This document shows positions 1-8,537 of a stretch of 36,835 nt of DNA, piece after piece. The stretch comes from Eubacteriales bacterium (GTDB lineage: Bacteria; Bacillota; Clostridia; Oscillospirales; CAG-272): assembly GCA_045129415.1 (NCBI GenBank), contig JBGVJM010000004.1, positions 1 to 36,835 of the forward strand, given 5' to 3'. Under the pieces are notes generated by a model. The model ran no database searches. It saw only the letters and a list, made by a program, of their open reading frames with translations, and had not been told where the DNA came from. The position numbers and the translations under genes were made by a program. Positions within the stretch are counted from its first letter, which is position 1, and each line of letters opens with the position of its first letter.

Positions 1-5
1 CACGA

Positions 6-1061
6 ATGAAAAAGGTTAAAATAGGAATAATCGGTGTTGGCGGCATCGCCAACAAGCACATCGCAGAGCTGCTTTGCTGCGAGGATGCCGAAATCGTCGC
101 AATATGCGACATAAATCCCGCCGCCATCGAGGCAAAGAATGCAAAGCTTCACCTTGCACCCGAAAAGTGCTACTCCGACTATAAGGAGCTTATCGCCGAC
201 CCCGACGTTGAGGCGGTTGAAATATGCACGCCCAACTATCTGCACGCCGAAATGGCTATCGCCGCGCTAGGTGCAGGCAAGCCCATAAATCTTGAAAAGC
301 CCATTGCCATGAGCTACCGTGAGGCACTTGACATCGTGGAGGCGGCAAAAAACGTGGACCGTCCCAACATGACCTGCTTCTCCTATCGCTTCAAGCCCGC
401 AGTGCGCTATGCAAAGCACCTCGTTGACTCGGGCGCGCTCGGAGAAATAACGGGACTTAACGTTGCTTACCTTAAAAACAGCGCGCTTTGGGAGGGACGC
501 CGACTCGAATGGCGCTTTGTCAAGGAATGCGCGGGCTCGGGCGTTATCGGCGACCTCGCCGTACATCTTATCGACCTCGCCCAACTGCTCGCAGGCAACA
601 TCACAAGCCTCGTTGCAACGCAATCCATCATCGTAAAGCAGCGTCAGCGCCTTGACAGCGACGAATTTGCTCCCGTTCAAACCGACGACCAGTGCGGCTT
701 TTTGGCGGAGTTCTCCTCGGGCGCGCAGGGTACGTTTTGCATAACCCGCGCGGCGGCAGGTCATGCCAACACCATTCGCTACGACGTTTACGGAACGCGC
801 GGAGCCATCTCCTTTGACCTTGATCACCCCGAAATACTCAGTATTTGTGTTGGCGAGGGCGACGTTAAGAATCTTCCCTTTAAGACGGTTGACGTTCCCC
901 GTGAATTCTATCTCGATCAGGAGCAGGCATTCGTAAATGCACTCAGCGGCAAGGTGGACGGTATATTCCCCACGCTCAAGCACGGAGCTCAGGGCCAGCT
1001 TATCGTTGACGCTATTATCAAATCGGCAGAGGAAAGACGCTGGATAGATATTGAAGAATAA
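6..1061 (+). CDS. Gfo/Idh/MocA family oxidoreductase
   Basis: 351-aa ORF. N-terminal Rossmann motif KIGIIGVGGIANKH and an EKP motif (NLEKPIA). ATG at 6. Hairpin terminator follows at 1080-1107. Confidence 0.85.
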   Translation: MKKVKIGIIGVGGIANKHIAELLCCEDAEIVAICDINPAAIEAKNAKLHLAPEKCYSDYKELIADPDVEAVEICTPNYLHAEMAIAALGAGKPINLEKPIAMSYREALDIVEAAKNVDRPNMTCFSYRFKPAVRYAKHLVDSGALGEITGLNVAYLKNSALWEGRRLEWRFVKECAGSGVIGDLAVHLIDLAQLLAGNITSLVATQSIIVKQRQRLDSDEFAPVQTDDQCGFLAEFSSGAQGTFCITRAAAGHANTIRYDVYGTRGAISFDLDHPEILSICVGEGDVKNLPFKTVDVPREFYLDQEQAFVNALSGKVDGIFPTLKHGAQGQLIVDAIIKSAEERRWIDIEE

Positions 1062-1079
1062 ATTTTCACAACAAAAAGC

Positions 1080-1107
1080 CCTCACTTCAAAAAAGTGAGG
1101 ACTTTTT
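1080..1107. terminator. Bidirectional intrinsic terminator between convergent genes
   Basis: 8-bp stem CCTCACTT (1080-1087) / AAGTGAGG (1093-1100). An A-run lies upstream and a T-run (ACTTTTTG) downstream. Confidence 0.6.
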
Positions 1108-1108
1108 G

Positions 1109-1846
1109 TCATCTGTCTCTAAGCTTTAGTATTATATCTTCGGGCACGGGGGCATCGGAAAAAATATGATCCACCTCATCCGCGCGGCACAACGTGTGCA
1201 TATAGGACGATCCGAATTTATTTGCCGTCATAAGCAAAACACATCGTCGCGAATTTTTCATAAAGGCGCGGCGTATTGCCGTTTCCTCCTCGGACGTGTC
1301 GGAAAATTTGCCGTCTTCGTCCACTCCCTTGCACGAGATAAAGCAAATATCGGGATTTATGCTCTCCGCAAATTCAAGTGTTTTTTGACCGGTACAAACG
1401 AGCGAATTTCCAATAAGCAAGCCTCCCGCGCAATAGGTCTTTATATGATTTCGGCACAAAAGCTCCGCAGTTTTTATGCTATACGTTACAACGACTATAT
1501 CCTTTAAGTGTGCCATGTATTTAACGAGATACTGTGCGGTGGACGATCCGTCCAAAAACACAGTATTTCCATCGTGTATAAGCTGAGATGCCGCCTTGCA
1601 TATCTCATCCTTCGCCTTGGAGTCCAATGATTCGCGAATGAAGAGCGGCACTTGGTTGTTAGTTTCGGTTATGGCGCGTGCACCGCCGAAGGTGCGTTTG
1701 AGGGCTCCCCTTCTCTCCAGCTCGGAAAGGTCTCTCCTCACCGTTGCCTCTGATACAAACAAGGATTTCATAAGCTCTCTTATGCTCACAGAGCCGTTTT
1801 CGGAAAGAATATTAAGTATTTGATTGTGGCGAAGCTCGTTTGACAT
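1109..1846 (-). CDS. DeoR/GlpR family transcriptional regulator
   Basis: 245 aa. N-terminal winged HTH (RHNQILNILSENGSVSIRELMKSLFVSEATVRRDLSELE) plus a DeoR-C-type sugar-binding C-terminus. RBS GGGAGG lies upstream of the ATG at 1846. Confidence 0.9.
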   Translation of the reverse strand: MSNELRHNQILNILSENGSVSIRELMKSLFVSEATVRRDLSELERRGALKRTFGGARAITETNNQVPLFIRESLDSKAKDEICKAASQLIHDGNTVFLDGSSTAQYLVKYMAHLKDIVVVTYSIKTAELLCRNHIKTYCAGGLLIGNSLVCTGQKTLEFAESINPDICFISCKGVDEDGKFSDTSEEETAIRRAFMKNSRRCVLLMTANKFGSSYMHTLCRADEVDHIFSDAPVPEDIILKLRDR

Positions 1847-1865
1847 TTTTACCTCCCAAGCCCAT

Positions 1866-1962
1866 TCATATTGAACGATTTATGATTGAATTATAGCATT
1901 TTGTTGATTGTTTGTCAATAATTCCACCTCATATTGAACGTTTTTTCGCATAATGATATAAT
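1866..1962. promoter_or_regulatory. Divergent promoter region with two copies of a 12-nt direct repeat, TCATATTGAACG (candidate DeoR operators)
   Basis: Repeats at 1866-1877 and 1929-1940. Minus-strand promoter: TTGACA (1913-1918), 17 nt, TATAAT (1890-1895), with repeat 1 just downstream of its -10. Plus-strand promoter: TTGAAC (1934-1939, inside repeat 2), 17 nt, TATAAT (1957-1962). Confidence 0.55.
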
Positions 1963-1989
1963 CATTTCAAACAGCTTGGAGGTAAAATT

Positions 1990-2967
1990 ATGAAATGTAC
2001 CGTTCTTGAAAATGGAAAAACAGAGCTGCGCGATTCGGCGCCCTTGACCGCCATTGAAGGGCATTGCGTTTTTGAGGTCAAGGCGGCCGGAATATGCGGA
2101 AGCGACATTCCACGCGTATTCGGAGGAGCCTCCTATTATTATCCCATCGTACTCGGCCATGAATTTTCCGGCGTTGTCAAAGATAGCAAAAACCCCTCGC
2201 TTATAGGCAAAAGGGCTTGCGTTTTCCCCATTTTGCCCTGTATGGAGTGCGAATTTTGCCAAAAACAGCAATGGGCCAATTGCAAAAGCTATGATTATTA
2301 CGGCTCGCGCCGAGACGGCGGCATGCAATCCGAACTTCTCATAAAGGAATCAAATCTCGTTTTTCTTCCCAATAACGTAAGCTTTGAGGCGGGCGCTATG
2401 GTGGAGCCGTTAGCGGTGTGCTTACACGCCATCAAAAAGGCTGATATTTGTGCCAATTCTTCGGTTCTGATATACGGCGCGGGAACTATCGGTCTTCTTT
2501 CGGGCATGTGGGCGCGCGCGCTCGGTGCGTCAGCGGTCTATTTCAGCGATCCCGATACAAAAAGATGCAACATGGCGCGCGAGCTTGGATTTGAAATATA
2601 CGGCGGAGAGTCGATAAACACCGTTATCGAGGCAAGCGGCGCCTCGATAGCACTTTGCGATGCCATTGAACGATGTGAGCCTTTCGGCAAAATGGTTTTA
2701 GTAGGTCACGGCAAAAAAGACGTTACCTTAAACCACTCCCTATTCGTCAAGATATTACGCAAACAGCTAACGCTTTTAGGAAGCTGGAATTCCGATAGAA
2801 ACGACACAAACGACGATTGGGCAGACAGTGTCCTCGCCATATCCGAGGGCAAGATATCCCCCGAAGCCCTTATAACACACAAAATTCCGCTTTGCAACGC
2901 CCCCGATGCCTTTCAAATTATCGGCGATGGCAAAGAATTTTACAATAAGATAATGGTGGTGATGTAA
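1990..2967 (+). CDS. Zn-dependent medium-chain dehydrogenase, resembling galactitol-1-phosphate 5-dehydrogenase (GatD)
   Basis: 325 aa. The motif GICGSDIPRVFGGASYYYPIVLGHEFSG closely resembles the GatD-type Zn-ADH signature. Structural-Zn Cys cluster CMECEFC and NAD fold IYGAGTIGL. RBS GGAGG lies before the ATG. Confidence 0.85.
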   Translation: MKCTVLENGKTELRDSAPLTAIEGHCVFEVKAAGICGSDIPRVFGGASYYYPIVLGHEFSGVVKDSKNPSLIGKRACVFPILPCMECEFCQKQQWANCKSYDYYGSRRDGGMQSELLIKESNLVFLPNNVSFEAGAMVEPLAVCLHAIKKADICANSSVLIYGAGTIGLLSGMWARALGASAVYFSDPDTKRCNMARELGFEIYGGESINTVIEASGASIALCDAIERCEPFGKMVLVGHGKKDVTLNHSLFVKILRKQLTLLGSWNSDRNDTNDDWADSVLAISEGKISPEALITHKIPLCNAPDAFQIIGDGKEFYNKIMVVM

Positions 2968-2968
2968 C

Positions 2969-3634
2969 ATGACATTAAGGCTTTCTCCCTCTATGATGTG
3001 CTGCGATTTTTTCAATTTGGAAAAGCAGCTTGCCGTATTTGAAAAAAGCGGTATTGACCTTTTACACATCGACGTAATGGACGGTAGCTTCGTTCCCAAT
3101 TTTGCTCTGGGCACAGATTTTGTAAAACAGCTCAAGAGAGCCACGGATATTCATCTGGACATACATTTCATGGTTGAAGAGCCCGAGAGACACCTGTCCT
3201 CTTTTGCTATCGGAAGCGGGGATTATGTGAGTGTTCATTATGAAAGCACCAAACACCTTCAACGCACCCTGAGTTCCATTCGCGCGCTCGGCGCCACTCC
3301 GATGCTCGCCATCAATCCATCAACGCCTGTTGAGCTGGCTATTGACGTTCTTGACGATATAGGAGGCTTACTTATAATGACAGTAAACCCCGGCTTTGCC
3401 GGACAAAAGATGATACCCCACTCCATTGACAAAATAGCGAGGGCAAGAGCCTTTCTCAACGGGCACGGCAGATCCGATGCCGAAATTGAGGTGGACGGAA
3501 ACGTGAGTATCCCAAACGCCATTATGATGAAAAATGCGGGAGCCAATATTTTTGTTGCCGGCACCGCCTCTGTATTTGGACAAGGCGACATGTCGGAAAA
3601 CATAGCAAGCTTCAAGAAATCGGTATTTTGTTAA
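2969..3634 (+). CDS. Ribulose-phosphate 3-epimerase family protein (resembles D-allulose-6-phosphate 3-epimerase AlsE)
   Basis: 221 aa. LSPSMMCCDF...HIDVMDGSFVPNF, MTVNPGFAGQ and EVDG motifs are typical of the RPE/AlsE TIM barrel. The start lies 1 nt after the upstream stop. Confidence 0.85.
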   Translation: MTLRLSPSMMCCDFFNLEKQLAVFEKSGIDLLHIDVMDGSFVPNFALGTDFVKQLKRATDIHLDIHFMVEEPERHLSSFAIGSGDYVSVHYESTKHLQRTLSSIRALGATPMLAINPSTPVELAIDVLDDIGGLLIMTVNPGFAGQKMIPHSIDKIARARAFLNGHGRSDAEIEVDGNVSIPNAIMMKNAGANIFVAGTASVFGQGDMSENIASFKKSVFC

Positions 3635-3641
3635 AATCCCA

Positions 3642-3670
3642 TTTACATTCTCCCCAAACGGTGCTATAAT
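3642..3670 (+). promoter_or_regulatory. Sigma-A-type promoter for the metallophosphoesterase gene
   Basis: TTTACA (3642-3647), 17 nt, TGcTATAAT (extended -10, TATAAT 3665-3670). Confidence 0.5.
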
Positions 3671-3700
3671 TAAAGCAATCCCAAAAAGGCGGTGACATAT

Positions 3701-4396
3701 ATGAAGCTTGGAATATTTACCGACTCGCACTATTCCTCACACGAGGTAACGTGCTACAACAGATACAACAACCAATCGTTGCGCAAGATCAAAGAGGCTT
3801 ACGCCTACTTTGAGGAGCAAAAATGCGACCTTATAGTGTGCCTTGGCGACCTTATCGACAACGAGGATACCGAGGAAGCGGTTGCTTTGCGCGTAACCGA
3901 AATCGCGCCCACCGTAAGGGCTTGTCCCATTCCCACCGTATGCCTTGTCGGAAACCACGATGCCCATTCTATTAACGAGGAGAGATTTTATTCCATTCTC
4001 GGCATAGAGCCGCCATGTGACATAGAGACGGACGGCAAGCTGCTCGTTTTTATGGACGGAAACCACTTTGCGACAGGCGAGCACTACTCGGTTGGACACA
4101 GTCTTTGGACGGATACGTTTTATCCCTTCGAGGATGAGCTTAAAGAAAAAATTAAAGCCTTTGACGGAGAGGTTTTCCTCTTCATCCACCAAAATATCGA
4201 TCCCGCGGCAGAATACCGCCACCGCTTGTGCAACGCCGACTCGCTTTTTGAGTTTTTCAACGGCTGCGGCAAGGTAAACACCGTTTTTCAAGGTCATTTT
4301 CACCCGGGCTGTCGCTCCGAGCATAACGGAGTCAAGTATATAACGCTTCCCGCCATGTGCGAAAACGAAAAGGCGTATTTCGTTTTTGATATATAA
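3701..4396 (+). CDS. Calcineurin-like metallophosphoesterase
   Basis: Motifs GIFTDSHYS, LGDLID, GNHD and a late GHFH. The track ORF begins at GTG 3692. ATG 3701 (MKLGIFTDSH) is the more typical start. Confidence 0.75.
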   Translation: MKLGIFTDSHYSSHEVTCYNRYNNQSLRKIKEAYAYFEEQKCDLIVCLGDLIDNEDTEEAVALRVTEIAPTVRACPIPTVCLVGNHDAHSINEERFYSILGIEPPCDIETDGKLLVFMDGNHFATGEHYSVGHSLWTDTFYPFEDELKEKIKAFDGEVFLFIHQNIDPAAEYRHRLCNADSLFEFFNGCGKVNTVFQGHFHPGCRSEHNGVKYITLPAMCENEKAYFVFDI

Positions 4397-4399
4397 AAA

Positions 4400-4423
4400 A
4401 GCCTCGCTTTTGCGAGGCTTTTA
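4400..4423. terminator. Bidirectional intrinsic terminator
   Basis: AGCCTCGC / GCGAGGCT stem with a TTTT loop, flanked by an A-run and a T-run, between convergent genes. Confidence 0.65.
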
Positions 4424-4424
4424 A

Positions 4425-5237
4425 TTATTCTCTTAATAGCTTTTCAATGTCTTTTCTCTTCTGTTGCATCTGCTCATAAATGGTTTCTTCAAACCATTTG
4501 GACTCAAGAAAATCGTCCGCAAATGCATCTATTATTTTTTGAGCTATACTAAATTGCGAGATGGCTTTATCGTTTTCTCCGAATTCTTTCAAGCGATTGC
4601 CCGCAATAATGAGCATATCAATTAGATCTTGTATACAAATATTCTTATGCTTTTGCGCCGCTTCATAACTTTCACTGCCATCTAACAGTGATGCCATAAG
4701 TTCCAATTTCGAAAAATAAATTTCGGGAATCATCTCAAGAGTTGGCTTGACCAAATCGCTTTGACCGTTTTCCTTGTAGCAGGTTGCAAGTATACGGCAG
4801 GCATCGTATTTAACGGAATCATCCTTAGTAGAAGCGATAAGCGTTTTACAAAGAGATATTACCTCTTCCGATCTCGTTTGATAATCCAAAGTATAGAGCA
4901 AATTGTTCAGTATAATATCATTTCCGGGGAATCTTTGCAAGCCATCGCGCAAAATACGCTCTGCTTTTGCAGGATCTCCCTCGCGGTATTTCCATGATTC
5001 TCGGCATATTTCATCGACCTGCATTTCCATATCAAACAAATTAAAATCAAAGAGCTCATCGGTAGAAACACCAAAAAAGGAAGCAATCGCCGGAATCATA
5101 GTTACATCCGGCATCGTATTTCCGTTCTCCCATTTTGAAACGGCCTGAAAGGATACCCCGAGGTAGCTTGCAAATACTTCCTGAGATATATTTTTCTGTT
5201 TTCTTAATGATTTTATTTTTTCTCCAAGTTTAATCAT
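4425..5237 (-). CDS. XRE-family HTH regulator with a helical-repeat (TPR-like) C-terminal domain
   Basis: 270 aa. N-terminal Cro/C1-type HTH (LGEKIKSLRKQKNISQEVFASYLGVSFQAVSKWENGNTMP) followed by about 200 aa of helical-repeat-like sequence. The gene is visibly AT-rich and uses TTA/TCA codons, unlike its neighbours. Confidence 0.75.
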   Translation of the reverse strand: MIKLGEKIKSLRKQKNISQEVFASYLGVSFQAVSKWENGNTMPDVTMIPAIASFFGVSTDELFDFNLFDMEMQVDEICRESWKYREGDPAKAERILRDGLQRFPGNDIILNNLLYTLDYQTRSEEVISLCKTLIASTKDDSVKYDACRILATCYKENGQSDLVKPTLEMIPEIYFSKLELMASLLDGSESYEAAQKHKNICIQDLIDMLIIAGNRLKEFGENDKAISQFSIAQKIIDAFADDFLESKWFEETIYEQMQQKRKDIEKLLRE

Positions 5238-5409
5238 TGTTATTCCTCCAAATCATTTTGGATCAGCGCTTATCCTGATACTATTATATCAGTTTTATGA
5301 GCAAAAGCAATAACTCATTTGGGGAGAATTATTCTAATACAAGTTGAATTTCAAGTATAAAAACGGCACGGTAGCAATTTCTGCAACCATGCCGTTTCTA
5401 TATGCCGTG

Positions 5410-6558
5410 TTACTTTTTCTCAGGACAACGCCAATCATAGATAAGCTCGGGCTCATCAAAGGGCGTGTAGTAGAATTCGTCGGGCAAGGGCTCGCCGTCC
5501 TTCTCGTGCTTGATTACCGACACAAGCATTGAAAGATCGTAAGGCTTGTGATAATGATAACCGGGTCGGAAATACCAATAGAGGCTATCCTCCTTGCCGT
5601 AAAGCTTGAAGACCTCCTTTGCCGCCTGCGTGGTCATCCACGAGCCGACGGGGTTCGCCCACATATCGCTTGCCGCCTCGCCAACGAGCAATGCTCTGGG
5701 AGCTACAAGTGCCTTCAGATAATGAGCGTCAAACGGAAGCTCCTCTTCTCTGTCGGTATAATTACCCATCTCTTTACCTACCCAGAAGCTGAAATGCTGC
5801 CAAAGGTCCGCCAAGGTTTCGCTCTTTCTCTCGCCGCCGTCCTCGGTTATACCGTTCATGTGTATGCGGTAGCAAGAGCAAGAGCCCTGACACGTCTCGT
5901 TGGGATTGACTATTCTCGCTCTCTTGTCAAGAATTCCCGCAAGCATTGCCGTTTTAGCTCCTCTTGAGTGACCGGTAAAGACTACCCAATCCATGTCAAA
6001 CAAGTCAAGTCTTTCAAGCGCGTCAACACATCTTGAATATCCCCAAGCCCAAGCGCCGAGCGCTCCGAAATCGTACTCGGGATAGCATTCGTACATTTGT
6101 CCCCTTCTACCAGATGCCTTTACGTCGGGAGCAAGCTCGCAACGGTTAAAAAGCACGATTCCTATGCCGTTATCAAGCGCAACGTTTAGCCATTCCTTGT
6201 CAAACGCGTAGTTGAAGCAAAGGTCACCGTCCACTATAACGGGACAGCCCTTTTTGCCATGCGGCAAATAAGTTCTCATAATAAAGGACACAGGATGCTC
6301 GCGTCTACCCGAAGTAATACGGTAGCTGGAGGCGCCGTCATTGGCAATGTACAGAGGCTCTATCTCCAAAAATTCGGGCGCGGGCGGCTGCTTTCCGTAC
6401 TGAAATTCAACGCCATTGCGATAAAGCTCGGCGCGATGCTCCTCGAACTCCTCAACCGTAGATACCCTTGTGCCGTCAGCTCTTAAAAACGGATCGGGCA
6501 GCTTGCCTAAAACCTCGTATTCCTTTAATTTGATGGTCTTTTCATCAAAACGTGACAT
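5410..6558 (-). CDS. CE15-like (glucuronoyl esterase family) alpha/beta hydrolase, no signal peptide
   Basis: 382 aa. The N-terminal LPDPFLRADGTRVSTVEEFEEHRAEL...FQYGKQP resembles the conserved CE15 N-terminus. Nucleophile-elbow variant TGHSRGAKTA (CE15 consensus GCSRxGK). Confidence 0.6.
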   Translation of the reverse strand: MSRFDEKTIKLKEYEVLGKLPDPFLRADGTRVSTVEEFEEHRAELYRNGVEFQYGKQPPAPEFLEIEPLYIANDGASSYRITSGRREHPVSFIMRTYLPHGKKGCPVIVDGDLCFNYAFDKEWLNVALDNGIGIVLFNRCELAPDVKASGRRGQMYECYPEYDFGALGAWAWGYSRCVDALERLDLFDMDWVVFTGHSRGAKTAMLAGILDKRARIVNPNETCQGSCSCYRIHMNGITEDGGERKSETLADLWQHFSFWVGKEMGNYTDREEELPFDAHYLKALVAPRALLVGEAASDMWANPVGSWMTTQAAKEVFKLYGKEDSLYWYFRPGYHYHKPYDLSMLVSVIKHEKDGEPLPDEFYYTPFDEPELIYDWRCPEKK

Positions 6559-6567
6559 AACTTTCTA

Positions 6568-7338
6568 TTATCCTTTCATTGCGGCAAACATATCCGCAGA
6601 CTTAGAGATCGCCTCCTCAAAGGTGGGGCGGAAGGTACATTCAAGGCTCATTCTCGCATCGTATCCGATGCCCTCAAGAGACTTCATAAAGGTACGGACG
6701 TCCTCAATATCGTCCATGGTGGGCGCGCCGCGATCCTCATTCATTCTCGCAAGATGCGTATGTATAAGTCCCTCGCCGTACTTTTTAATGTCAGCCCAAT
6801 CCTCGCCGTTTCTGTAAAAATGGTAGAGGTCAACTATGTAACCCACGTCCTCTCTACCCACCTTCTGACACATTTCGTATGCGTCCTTCAGTGTGTTTAT
6901 GAGGTTTACCTCGTGGAAATTGAGAGGCTCAATAGCTATTTTGAGATTGTGCGCCTTGGCACAGTCGGCAATCGTATCAAGCGCGCGCGCAAAATTGTCA
7001 TGCGCGACGTTTTTGTCATATCCATCGGGAATTCTTCTCGCGCCGCCGCTTCCGATAACGATGATCTCGCCGCCAAGTCTCTCGGCTCTCGCAAATGCCG
7101 CGTTTGAATAGCTGCGGATCGTGTCAAGGTCGATATCAGCGGAAAGCTTTATGTCGGCAGGAACGAAATTGTTAAATGTCTCAATTCTCATTCCCTGCTT
7201 TTCGGATTCGGCAACCGCCGCATTGAACTCGTCATCACTAAGCTTTGAGGTTACCGTAAGGTTGAATTCCGCAAAATCATAGCCAAGGCTCTTTACAAGA
7301 CCAAGTCTCGCGGCATCGGTACAAACACCTATTTTCAT
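6568..7338 (-). CDS. Sugar phosphate isomerase/epimerase (xylose isomerase-like TIM barrel)
   Basis: 256 aa. AP_endonuc_2-like pattern (IAIEPLN..., DLYHF, HTHLA). Confidence 0.75.
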   Translation of the reverse strand: MKIGVCTDAARLGLVKSLGYDFAEFNLTVTSKLSDDEFNAAVAESEKQGMRIETFNNFVPADIKLSADIDLDTIRSYSNAAFARAERLGGEIIVIGSGGARRIPDGYDKNVAHDNFARALDTIADCAKAHNLKIAIEPLNFHEVNLINTLKDAYEMCQKVGREDVGYIVDLYHFYRNGEDWADIKKYGEGLIHTHLARMNEDRGAPTMDDIEDVRTFMKSLEGIGYDARMSLECTFRPTFEEAISKSADMFAAMKG

Positions 7339-7362
7339 GTCAATTCTCCTATGTTCGCAAAA

Positions 7363-8535
7363 TTAATACGTTCCCTCGGTGTTAGCCGCCGCCTGCTCTA
7401 CAACGTTCTTAAAGCGAGAGGTCTTGCGGCGAGCAGTAAGCTCCTCAAGATACTTGTCCTCGTCAACGGGAAGCTCTACGCGCGCACCGTTGTGCCAGCC
7501 CGAATACTGAATGGCATTCATGAGCTCAACGCCCGAAATACCGTCCGTACCCTTAACGAACAGCTCCTCTTTTCCGAGAATTGCCGCGGTAAAGTTATTG
7601 ATGATTCCGATGTGCTGGAGATTTTGACCGTCCGTTTCCACCTCGATCTTTTGAATCGCAGGTCTTGCAAAGCCGTTCTTGGACGTTCTTCCAAATTCCC
7701 GGCTATCGGTGTCGTTCTTGTAGAAATAAAGCTTATCGTCCTCGCAAAGCAGCTTTCCGCGAGTTCCCGACACCTCAAAGCGATTTGTTCCGGGAGTTTC
7801 GCCGGTAGAGGTAATGAACACGCCCGTTGCGCCGTTTTCGTACTCAAAGTATGCCGTTACGTCATCCTCAACCTCTATATCGTGCCACTTACCGTATTGG
7901 CAAAAGCCGTTTACTGCCTTTGGCAGCTTGCCGATAACCCAGCTTACAAGGTCAAGCTGGTGGGGACACTGATTGAACAGTACGCCGCCGCCTTCGCCTT
8001 CCCAGGTAGCTCTCCAGTTTCCGCTATCATAGTAGAATTGCGTTCTGTACCAGTCGGTGATTATCCAGGTAACTCTCTGAAGCTCGCCTATCTCGCCTGC
8101 CGCGATAAGCTCGCGCATTTTTCTGTATACACAGTTTGTTCTCTGATTGAACATCATTCCGAAGAGCGCGCCCGACTTCTCGGCAACGGCGTTCATCTCC
8201 TTGACCTGCTTTGTATAAACGCCCGCAGGCTTTTCGCAGATAACGTTGATGCCGCGCTTCAAGCATTCGATAACCATTTCGGGATGGAAATAGTGGGGAG
8301 TTTCAACAAGCACCGCGTCACAAAGACCGCTGTCAAGCATCTCCTTATAATCTTCAAAATACTGAACGTCCGTATTTGTCGTTCTTGCCTTTATAGCGTC
8401 AGTTTTTACGGGGTTGATATCGCAAACCGCGGTTACGACCGCGTCCGTCGCCTTTTGCTTATCAAACATTGCAAGCATGTAAGTCGAGCCCTGATTTCCA
8501 ACTCCGATTATACCGTATCTTACCTTCTTTTCCAT
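7363..8535 (-). CDS. Gfo/Idh/MocA family oxidoreductase
   Basis: 390 aa. RYGIIGVGNQG Rossmann motif and VICEKPAG EKP motif. RBS AGGAG overlaps the end of the upstream gene. Confidence 0.85.
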   Translation of the reverse strand: MEKKVRYGIIGVGNQGSTYMLAMFDKQKATDAVVTAVCDINPVKTDAIKARTTNTDVQYFEDYKEMLDSGLCDAVLVETPHYFHPEMVIECLKRGINVICEKPAGVYTKQVKEMNAVAEKSGALFGMMFNQRTNCVYRKMRELIAAGEIGELQRVTWIITDWYRTQFYYDSGNWRATWEGEGGGVLFNQCPHQLDLVSWVIGKLPKAVNGFCQYGKWHDIEVEDDVTAYFEYENGATGVFITSTGETPGTNRFEVSGTRGKLLCEDDKLYFYKNDTDSREFGRTSKNGFARPAIQKIEVETDGQNLQHIGIINNFTAAILGKEELFVKGTDGISGVELMNAIQYSGWHNGARVELPVDEDKYLEELTARRKTSRFKNVVEQAAANTEGTY

Positions 8536-8537
8536 TA

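Noticed and set aside
5297-5347. 16-codon ORF (MSKSNNSFGENYSNTS) divergent from the XRE/TPR regulator, considered as a possible signalling pro-peptide
   Set aside because: No Shine-Dalgarno precedes the ATG. The peptide is hydrophilic with no signal-like or hydrophobic segment, unlike known RRNPP pro-peptides. The 62-aa track ORF at 5344-5532 overlaps the esterase 3' end antisense and also lacks a properly spaced RBS.
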